Below are positions 41,101 through 49,006 of a DNA stretch of 64,000 bases, piece after piece. The notes beneath the pieces are model-generated. The model worked only from the letters and a program-made list of their open reading frames with translations. It did no database searches and was not told the DNA's origin. The first letter of the stretch is position 1. Each line of letters opens with the position of its first letter. Source of the stretch: a virus. The stretch covers positions 1 to 64,000 of the IMG/VR virus record IMGVR_UViG_3300031834_001450. One strand, 5' to 3'. The translations under genes were made by a program, and so were the position numbers.

Positions 41101-41306
41101 ATATCCTCTAATTTTTTAAAATAATATTTTTATTTCTTTATAAAAAATACAATAAAAAATAAACCTATGCATAAACAAGTAATGAATAAATTATTTTGTA
41201 ACCACATTAACAATTCAACTAAATTATATTGATTCATTTTTATTTTTTTACCATTTTTACCATTTATTTTTTTATCACTTCTTACTAATGAATTCCTTTT
41301 ATCTAG

Positions 41307-41969
41307 TTATAAAAATAAATATTTATACCAATCTTCATCTGGCATCATATTTAAACATACCCATTTAGTATTAGTTTTTTTATATATATTTTCTAAATAT
41401 TTATGCCAATGTCCAAATATCCAAATTTTAGGTTTATATTTTTGACATATTAAATTTAAAATTTGTCTTGATGGATCATTTACTTCATCATAGCATGGTA
41501 CTTCAACATTAAAAAATATTGGACATGTATGAGATATTACAATATCAGCTTTTTTAACATTTTCTTTAATATATTTAAAATCTTCATATGTTAATATTTC
41601 TTGATTCCACCATGAAATTTTAGGAAGTCTATATTTTTTATCAATACTATCAGCACCACCTATAAATAAAATAGTTAGTTTGTTTATTATTAATGTAGAC
41701 CCTATTGGACACATAAATATATTTTTTTCTATTTCAATTGGGTCTTTACCATATCTTCCAATTTTTTCTTCAAAAAGATCCCAATTGTCATGATTACCTG
41801 GAATAAAATATATTTTAGTATTTTGTGGTTTAATTACTCCCTTATTCTCTTTTTTCCAATAATAAGCATTATCTCCACATTGTATTATAATATCTGGTTT
41901 TTCTAAAAAAATAAATTCATTGAATATATCAAATTTACCATGTATATCTCCTACTACTATAATTTTCAT
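41307..41969 (-). CDS. Calcineurin-like metallophosphoesterase
   Basis: GDIHG, CGD, GNHD, SHTCP, GHWH. Confidence 0.9.
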   Translation of the reverse strand: MKIIVVGDIHGKFDIFNEFIFLEKPDIIIQCGDNAYYWKKENKGVIKPQNTKIYFIPGNHDNWDLFEEKIGRYGKDPIEIEKNIFMCPIGSTLIINKLTILFIGGADSIDKKYRLPKISWWNQEILTYEDFKYIKENVKKADIVISHTCPIFFNVEVPCYDEVNDPSRQILNLICQKYKPKIWIFGHWHKYLENIYKKTNTKWVCLNMMPDEDWYKYLFL

Positions 41970-42197
41970 TTATTCTATTCCTAAATCAATAAGATACATA
42001 GCACTTACAAGACACTTAGTAAATTTACCACAATTTTTACAAATAAAAGTATGATAGATAAGAGAAGTGTTTTTTAAAGAAATATTTATATTTTTAATAT
42101 AAATAGTTCCTTTAGGAAATTTATCCCCAGTTACAGAAATTAGTTCTAATTGATTATTACACTCTTCACAATTAATGTGATCAAGTTGTAATATCAT
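41970..42197 (-). CDS. Zinc-ribbon protein
   Basis: CEEC...CKNC. Confidence 0.55.
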   Translation of the reverse strand: MILQLDHINCEECNNQLELISVTGDKFPKGTIYIKNINISLKNTSLIYHTFICKNCGKFTKCLVSAMYLIDLGIE

Positions 42198-42229
42198 TAT
42201 CTACTCCTATACAACTATAGACCTTTTAT

Positions 42230-42463
42230 TTATTTATATATGTCAAAAATTCCTTTTTCAGAAAAAAAATGATTTTGTAAATTACTAAAATGTTTAATTG
42301 CAAATCCATGAAAAATATAAATATGATTTTTTCTTTCTGCATCATATGAAATATTTTTAATTTCATAAAAACAATCATCCAACTTTCTTTTTAGTATATC
42401 ACCTATTTTTAAATCTGAATAAGATTTTGTTTCTTGTAAAATAAAATTAGAACTTAATAACAT
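42230..42463 (-). CDS. Hypothetical protein
   Basis: Operon context. Confidence 0.45.
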   Translation of the reverse strand: MLLSSNFILQETKSYSDLKIGDILKRKLDDCFYEIKNISYDAERKNHIYIFHGFAIKHFSNLQNHFFSEKGIFDIYK

Positions 42464-42464
42464 T

Positions 42465-42722
42465 TTATTTTTTTATCCTTTTTCCTTTAAAATTTCCATA
42501 TTTACTTGGCATTGGTGTTATATTATTTTCAAAACCATTATTACTATTTCCTAACATACCCCCAGCAACAGAAAAATCACCAATTCCCCAAATTCTATAA
42601 GTATCAATACTTCCACATAAAGAACATTTGTAAGAACTTTCAAAATTTTCTTCTATTGTTTTTTTCCAAACATCAAAAGGTTGAGAACATTTTGAACATT
42701 TAAAAGTTGTTTGAATAGTCAT
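42465..42722 (-). CDS. FmdB-like zinc-ribbon protein (likely start 42722)
   Basis: MTIQTTFKCSKC...F....CSLCGS. Confidence 0.6.
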   Translation of the reverse strand: MTIQTTFKCSKCSQPFDVWKKTIEENFESSYKCSLCGSIDTYRIWGIGDFSVAGGMLGNSNNGFENNITPMPSKYGNFKGKRIKK

Positions 42723-42801
42723 TATATTTTTTCCATATTTATTATTTTTAATATTTTTAATTAGTAGTATTAAGAAATTCCTTCTTTTAATTAAAAAATA
42801 A

Positions 42802-44184
42802 TTATTTTTTATTTTCTCGATAAGGAAAAAGTTTAAAAGAATTATCTCCAAAAATAAAGGGAGTTCGACTAAGATAAGGAGAATCATTTTGTTTGCATAT
42901 ATTTACCCAAATTAAATCAGTAGAAATATTCCATTCCTCCTCCCGATTTGGAAAATATCTTCTTTTTAAAGTCAATGGTCGATTAATAGCCATTACTACT
43001 CGTGATCTTGCTGCATAAACACTTCCACCTTCTACCATTTCTGGTTGAAGACAAAAAGTATCACAAACTTCTGGAGTAGAAAACATTTTTCCTCCACGAA
43101 AGAGGTTTTCGTTAGATTGTAAAATATTTATAATATGTATTTTATGTTTTTTTGCTATTTGTAATAATCTATTAACTCCAGGTTTTAAATCTGTTCCTGC
43201 TTTACCAGATAATTCTTCAATTTGTTCTGTAAGATCTATTGTAACTACACAATATCCATCTTCTGGTAATACTCCTGCTTTATTAAATTTTTGTTTACAT
43301 TTATAAATATAAGTATCTAATTCATTTAATGTTAACATTGGTTCTGCGTAATAAGCAAAATTTTTTCTAGTTTCTTTTAATTTTAAATTATCTTCTATTA
43401 TTTGTTTAGTTTCTTCTGATTTATTATTAGATAATAATTCTTCAAGTGATAAATTAGTTTCCATAGAAACAAATCGATCCATATTACTTTCTTCTATCAT
43501 TTCAAGATTTATTGAAATAACACAAGTACCCTTATTAACAAGAATATTTTCTATACATTTACATAGAATACTTTTTCCACTCCCTTTCATACCAAAAATA
43601 ACTGTCATTTCTCCAACAGCAGCAGGTCTTATTAACATTTTATCAATTACTTTAAAACCATAACTTCTTTTATTTAAACCATCTTCTCTTTTTCTTAAAA
43701 TTTCCCTATATGTTGTAGAAAGTTCATCATAAGTTCTTACTGTTTTATCATCATCAAGTTTAATAGAATTATAAAGTATACTATCAGCAAGATTTCTGAT
43801 AATATCATAATTAAGCCCACCATCTGAAACACTTTGAGTTAAAAATTGTTCAATAGTATTTCCTATTTTTAATTTTATTGTATAATCTTTAATATTTTTA
43901 ATATATGTTTTAATAATATTAAAATCTATACTTGGTTTATTAAAAATAGATTCTATAAATTCTTGACTAACTTCTTGACAATATTTTTGGATGGCTCTTT
44001 TATCAATTACTTGTACATCTTTTTTTGTATGTAAATCAATAATAGTATTATATATTATTTTACTATTTTTATTTATAAAATCTTTTTCAGAAATAAAAAA
44101 ATAATCTTTAGGAGTTTTTAAAAAATATGACAATACCCATAATTCATCTTCTTCTACAGAGGGAACAAATTTAACAAATGACAT
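42802..44184 (-). CDS. Replicative DNA helicase, DnaB-like
   Basis: GMKGSGKS Walker A, SINLEM, ICKQN; early motif at 44203-44235. Confidence 0.8.
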   Translation of the reverse strand: MSFVKFVPSVEEDELWVLSYFLKTPKDYFFISEKDFINKNSKIIYNTIIDLHTKKDVQVIDKRAIQKYCQEVSQEFIESIFNKPSIDFNIIKTYIKNIKDYTIKLKIGNTIEQFLTQSVSDGGLNYDIIRNLADSILYNSIKLDDDKTVRTYDELSTTYREILRKREDGLNKRSYGFKVIDKMLIRPAAVGEMTVIFGMKGSGKSILCKCIENILVNKGTCVISINLEMIEESNMDRFVSMETNLSLEELLSNNKSEETKQIIEDNLKLKETRKNFAYYAEPMLTLNELDTYIYKCKQKFNKAGVLPEDGYCVVTIDLTEQIEELSGKAGTDLKPGVNRLLQIAKKHKIHIINILQSNENLFRGGKMFSTPEVCDTFCLQPEMVEGGSVYAARSRVVMAINRPLTLKRRYFPNREEEWNISTDLIWVNICKQNDSPYLSRTPFIFGDNSFKLFPYRENKK

Positions 44185-44229
44185 AAAATTTCCTTTATAC
44201 TATATAGTATATAAAATTTATTTAAAAAA

Positions 44230-45174
44230 TTAAACAGTCAATACTCTCTTATATCTCTTTCTTTCTAAAAAATTATGTGAATCTCTTTTAGGATCAATCA
44301 TAAAATTAAAAAATGGAATATCTAAAAGTGCAAACCAACTCCTTAATTTTTCAATGTTTAATAAACATTTATAAGCAATATCTGTAAAAGTTAAATCTAA
44401 GGTAATAAAATCAACTAATTGATAATTTATTTTTAATTGAATTTGTGCTTCTTGTATTTTTAATTTCCATTGTTTTGGAATTTCTTCATTTTTCCACATA
44501 TTAGCAAGTAAGTCATAAATACTATCATAATTTTCTATAATATGACTTAAAATTATTTTTGGTAAATAAGGTACAGCATTTTCAATGCAATCACTTTTAT
44601 CTCCATGAATTGCTTTATATATTTTAACACCGTTACCAGAAGGATTAAATCCATAATCGTCAATAAAAGTGTCTACATCATATACTTTATGATAATTAAA
44701 CCAATAAATTCTATTTTCTTGTGAAACGCTTCTTGCCCAGTCAAGATCAGCACTTATAAGTAAACAAGAATTTTTTACTTTATTAATAATTGGCAATACT
44801 AAATCATCTGCTTCACATTTATTATGTGAAACTATATAAAAATTATTATCATAAGATTTTAATATTTCTATAAGTTTTTCTAAAGATTTATAAAATACTT
44901 GAGGAATATTTTTATTTTTTCTCGCATGTTTATAAGATGAATCAATTAATTCTCTTTCATTTATTTTTGAAAAGGGATTATCATGCAGTATATATACATT
45001 AGTTTCATTATTTCCATAAACATTTTTAAGTTGATTTATTCTTTCAAGAGAATCTTGAATAATCATAGAATAAAATTTATCTTCCTCTTCTTGTTCTATA
45101 ATTTTTTTAATTGTGTTTGTTATAGAACGCCAATATAAATTATTAAGGTCGATTATTACATTAGCAAATTTCAA
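44230..45174 (-). CDS. 5'-3' exonuclease / flap endonuclease (T4 RNase H-like)
   Basis: IIDLNN, YKHAR, EADD, ISADLD, GDKSDCI. Confidence 0.85.
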   Translation of the reverse strand: MKFANVIIDLNNLYWRSITNTIKKIIEQEEEDKFYSMIIQDSLERINQLKNVYGNNETNVYILHDNPFSKINERELIDSSYKHARKNKNIPQVFYKSLEKLIEILKSYDNNFYIVSHNKCEADDLVLPIINKVKNSCLLISADLDWARSVSQENRIYWFNYHKVYDVDTFIDDYGFNPSGNGVKIYKAIHGDKSDCIENAVPYLPKIILSHIIENYDSIYDLLANMWKNEEIPKQWKLKIQEAQIQLKINYQLVDFITLDLTFTDIAYKCLLNIEKLRSWFALLDIPFFNFMIDPKRDSHNFLERKRYKRVLTV

Positions 45175-45642
45175 TTATTTTTCTCCTTCAGTAAATTCAC
45201 TTTGTTTTAATTTATTGTGAACATCTATTAGATCAAGTAATTCCTTGAGTTTTTTAGTTTGTTCTATTGTTACAATTCCATCAAGTCCAAGTAGAGGTTT
45301 ATCTGGTGGAAACATTTCAGATTCTTTTTCCATTTTAATAGAAGCTTCTAATATTTTTAAAATTGGAGTAGCTGCTTCAGTTTCTCCTTTAGATAATATT
45401 TCAACTAATTTTATTAAAACTCCATAAGGAACATCTTCATCTTCTTTTTCTAATTTAGCAAGAAGCAGAGTATCTACTTTTTGTTTTAATACTGAAGTAC
45501 TTGTTGATTTTTTAATATATGCATTTACAAAATTAAATATATTTTCCTTAGCAATTTCTTTTATATTATTTCTATCAATTTGAGAATTTGATTCAGTTGT
45601 TATATCATCTATTTTTGTTATTAACTCTTTTTCAATATTCAT
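45175..45642 (-). CDS. Hypothetical helical protein
   Basis: Operon context. Confidence 0.5.
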   Translation of the reverse strand: MNIEKELITKIDDITTESNSQIDRNNIKEIAKENIFNFVNAYIKKSTSTSVLKQKVDTLLLAKLEKEDEDVPYGVLIKLVEILSKGETEAATPILKILEASIKMEKESEMFPPDKPLLGLDGIVTIEQTKKLKELLDLIDVHNKLKQSEFTEGEK

Positions 45643-46114
45643 TTAGTTCTTCTTCCTTAACAGAATTTAAAGTTCTATAAAAATTTACAAATTCTTTTTC
45701 ATCTATATTATTAAGTGTATTAATTAAATCTTGTCCTAACGCCTCTTTAATTTTATTTATTTTACCTCCAATACTTATAGAGCTTAATAATTCTTTATGA
45801 GAATCAGGAATGTCTAAATAATCTTTTATATCTGTCCAAGTATACCCTTTAAAAATTTTTAGCCAAAAACATAAAGCAGTAAGAACACTTGTTTTATATG
45901 CTTCTCTAGAAGGAAGTCTTAAAATATCTCCATCATAATAAATTAAAAGTTTTTGTAGGGATTCATTATCTAAAATTTTAGCAAGTAAATATAAATCATG
46001 TTGTTTATGATCTAAAGAATAAATATATAAAGATAACTCATTAAATATTTGTTCATTTAATATATTTTCTTTTTTAAAATAATTCTCTAACGTAGCATGC
46101 AAAAATTTATTCAT
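45632..46114 (-). CDS. Possible Mor/C-like transcription regulator
   Basis: LAKILDNESLQKLLIYYDGDILRLPS resembles the Mor dimerisation motif; late motif at 46138-46148. Confidence 0.4.
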   Translation of the reverse strand: MNKFLHATLENYFKKENILNEQIFNELSLYIYSLDHKQHDLYLLAKILDNESLQKLLIYYDGDILRLPSREAYKTSVLTALCFWLKIFKGYTWTDIKDYLDIPDSHKELLSSISIGGKINKIKEALGQDLINTLNNIDEKEFVNFYRTLNSVKEEELNEY

Positions 46115-46204
46115 AAAAGTATAATTCCTCTAATTTTTTATATTAGTATTCTTTTGTTTTTCTCAGAACTAATATTAAAAAAGAAGTATTTTTTATGAAT
46201 AAAA

Positions 46205-47122
46205 TTAAGAAAGTAATTGTTTATTTATTTGAAGCATTTTATTTAATAGAGGATATTTTAAATTTTTATTTATTGGTATTATTTTTTCTTTTGGATAAAA
46301 ACAATTTATTGCTTGTCCATAACAAAGTTCAGATGAATTTTCTAATTCTTTTCTTAATATTTCTAAAGTATCAAGTGATTTCATTCGGCCCTCTCTTCCA
46401 AATGCCTGAAATAATCTATCAAATGAATTTTCTCCATATTTAAAATTTAAATGCATTGCAATAGTTCTTATATAATCTTCATATGGATTTTTACAATAGT
46501 TGCTAACTCCTTCTATAAGATCCATTATTTTATAATAAAGTCTTATTGTATCTTCTTCCACTTCTACTTTATGTATTGTATCTTTATCACATGGAATAAG
46601 TTCATGTAAATTATTTCCATCTTCAAATTGAAAATCAAGGGAGATATCTTTTGATTCTAATTCAGATGGATGAAATATAGCTTGTTTAATTTTCCATATT
46701 AAATAACCACCAAAAGAAAAATCAACTTTAAAATCATCTCTTGTTAAATATTCTTCTATGAAAACAACAACAGAATTATAACTATAATATTCTAACGCCC
46801 CTATCCATGTTAAATATATTTTATAATTTTTTTTAATAAGTGATTGAGTATATAAATCAAGTAATCTTATAAATGGAGTTATTGTTTTTTCACATCGGTT
46901 ATTTAAATAATCTGCTTGTAAATATTTTAATTTTCTTTCAGTTGGTGGTAATATACACCATTGTTCATTGCATTTAGGACAAATACAATTATTATTTTGC
47001 CATTGTTTTTTTATCTCAATATTAGAAATTTTAAATTCATTATTACAATATTTACATTTAAGAGGTTTTCCTCTATTTTCAATTAATTTAGTTTCTTCAA
47101 ATAGAATATCTATTTTAAGCAT
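46205..47122 (-). CDS. Phage sigma-70-family factor with an N-terminal zinc ribbon
   Basis: Region 2-like FKVDFSFGGYLIWKIKQAI; region 3-like ISLDFQFEDGNNLHELI; CKYC...CPKC. Confidence 0.65.
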   Translation of the reverse strand: MLKIDILFEETKLIENRGKPLKCKYCNNEFKISNIEIKKQWQNNNCICPKCNEQWCILPPTERKLKYLQADYLNNRCEKTITPFIRLLDLYTQSLIKKNYKIYLTWIGALEYYSYNSVVVFIEEYLTRDDFKVDFSFGGYLIWKIKQAIFHPSELESKDISLDFQFEDGNNLHELIPCDKDTIHKVEVEEDTIRLYYKIMDLIEGVSNYCKNPYEDYIRTIAMHLNFKYGENSFDRLFQAFGREGRMKSLDTLEILRKELENSSELCYGQAINCFYPKEKIIPINKNLKYPLLNKMLQINKQLLS

Positions 47123-47203
47123 TTTTTTTTCCTTAAAAAAATTCTTCTATTTAATATAATAGAAGAATTTTAAGTTAATTTATTTAAATTAAATTAAATT
47201 AAA

Positions 47204-47383
47204 TTAACAATAACTACTATCAGAGAATTTACAAAGATTTTGATTTTCACACCATATCATTACTTGAGCTCTTGGAAGTTTAAGTTTTTCTGCAATTTTT
47301 CTTGCATTTTTTGTTGTTTTCCATTCTTTCATTACTTCTTTTTGTTCTTTTGTAGTGAGAGTGACTGTTGTTGGTCTTGACAT
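47204..47383 (-). CDS. 59-aa homeodomain-like HTH protein (not in ORF track)
   Basis: AGGAG SD; MSRPTTVTLTTKEQKEVMKEWKTTKNARKIAEKLKLPRAQVMIWCENQNLCKFSDSSYC. Confidence 0.6.
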   Translation of the reverse strand: MSRPTTVTLTTKEQKEVMKEWKTTKNARKIAEKLKLPRAQVMIWCENQNLCKFSDSSYC

Positions 47384-47502
47384 TAAAGTCTCCTATAAAT
47401 TTAATTTTATTATTAACTATCTAATGATAGCAAATAGTTTATTCATAGTTTATTCATAATCTTTTATAAAAAGGTTTTATAAAATATAACTCATATTTTT
47501 TA

Positions 47503-47688
47503 TTATTCTTTAAAAGATCCTTCTGCTTTTAATTCATCAAGTATATATTCTTTATCTGCAAAAGATAATTTCATAAATTCTTTATCTTTCTTTACATCTT
47601 TAAATGAACCATATTTTCCTTTAAATTCTCCTACAAGCTCATTTAAATCTTTTTTACTTGCCTCTTTATACTTTACATATTTTTTCAT
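47503..47688 (-). CDS. Putative internal head protein (N-terminus MKKYVKYKEA)
   Basis: Shares an N-terminal peptide with the adjacent ORF; resembles the T4 capsid-targeting sequence. Confidence 0.5.
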   Translation of the reverse strand: MKKYVKYKEASKKDLNELVGEFKGKYGSFKDVKKDKEFMKLSFADKEYILDELKAEGSFKE

Positions 47689-48063
47689 TTAATTACCTCG
47701 TTTAAATGCTACTTTTTTCTTATCAAAATTAAAAAATTCATCTGAAACTAAAAATATATTATTTTGTTTTGAATTATCATTAAATGAGGAATCTTCAACA
47801 GAAGGTATAATCTTCATTAATTTTCCCATAATCTCTTTTGCTACTTTTTCATTTTGCTGTTTTTGCTGTTTTAAACTTTGTCCTAAGCTAGTATCTTTAT
47901 TTCCCATGGAAACAACTTGTCCAGATCCTCCTGTTATAGTTTTTAAATTAATAAACATAAAATTATCTTCTATTCTATAACTTACTACTTCTTCATAATC
48001 TTTTAAATAATTATAAACTTTTAATTCTACAGCACTTTCTTCATATTTTACGTATTTTTTCAT
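47689..48063 (-). CDS. Putative internal head protein (N-terminus MKKYVKYEES)
   Basis: As above; GAGGT SD; late-like motif TATTAATATA near 48092-48101. Confidence 0.5.
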   Translation of the reverse strand: MKKYVKYEESAVELKVYNYLKDYEEVVSYRIEDNFMFINLKTITGGSGQVVSMGNKDTSLGQSLKQQKQQNEKVAKEIMGKLMKIIPSVEDSSFNDNSKQNNIFLVSDEFFNFDKKKVAFKRGN

Positions 48064-48107
48064 TTTTTACCTCAAGTTTATTTTATTTTTCTATATTAAT
48101 AGAAAAA

Positions 48108-48611
48108 TTAACTATAAAATATTTTTATATCTATTTCATTTTCATTACAGTAATCTACAATAAATTCAGGTATTCTATGTATTGGCCATTTACAAAAACC
48201 TAGTTTTTCTCCTAAATAATATTGTCTATAGGATTTTACAGCATCTTTACATTTATATTGTTCTGGCATAGCTAATTTAAATTGAGTAAGTCCTCTAGAT
48301 TTTAACTTTGATTGGTTAAAATTATGAATTACTTGTTCACTTTTATGAACTCTACCATATCTATAAGTATATTCTTTACAAAGTCCTAATGTATATATTT
48401 TAAGCCATTCAAAATTATCTAAACTTTCTCTCGCCCATATACAACAAGGATGATTATAATGTGTCCTTTTATAAAGTACTTCTGATTGATCAAAACAATT
48501 ACATAGAATTTGAACACTCTCCAATATCATTTTCACATTATGTTTATTACAAAGCATAATTGAATTATCTATTGGATTTTCATTTAATACAAAAATATTC
48601 AAAATATCCAT
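48108..48611 (-). CDS. Pyrimidine-dimer DNA glycosylase/endonuclease V family protein
   Basis: NIFVL..NP......CNKHNVKMILES.Q, YKRTHYNHPC..W, LCKEYTYRYG..H, AMPEQYK..DAV.SYRQYY. Confidence 0.8.
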   Translation of the reverse strand: MDILNIFVLNENPIDNSIMLCNKHNVKMILESVQILCNCFDQSEVLYKRTHYNHPCCIWARESLDNFEWLKIYTLGLCKEYTYRYGRVHKSEQVIHNFNQSKLKSRGLTQFKLAMPEQYKCKDAVKSYRQYYLGEKLGFCKWPIHRIPEFIVDYCNENEIDIKIFYS

Positions 48612-48668
48612 CCTTAGTTAATTTAAAAACAATGTAAAATAATTATATAAATAACTTTTTAAAAATTA

Positions 48669-48950
48669 TTATGAACAAGTATTACAATTTATAATATTTA
48701 AATCTATATTACCAAAAAGTGTAACTTTACATCCACAATTACATAAAAAACTTCTTGATAATACTTTTTCTTGTTCAAGAATTTCTTTTTTTTCATCTCG
48801 TTTTTCTTTTATTACAGTAAGTACTGCTTGATTTTCTTCATGTTTAGTAAGTTTTTTATTTTTTATTTTATTATCTTTTTTTAATTTTTCAACTTCTTTT
48901 TTAAGTTTTTTTTTCTTTTCTTTTCTTTTTATAGTTTCTGGTCTTTCCAT
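48669..48950 (-). CDS. Basic hypothetical protein with C-terminal Cys
   Basis: Lys-rich, CNCGC...CNTC; early motif at 48981-49012. Confidence 0.5.
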   Translation of the reverse strand: MERPETIKRKEKKKKLKKEVEKLKKDNKIKNKKLTKHEENQAVLTVIKEKRDEKKEILEQEKVLSRSFLCNCGCKVTLFGNIDLNIINCNTCS

Positions 48951-49006
48951 TTTAATATCCCTTTTTTAAAAGCTTATATTTATAATATATAAAAAAATTT
49001 AAAAAA

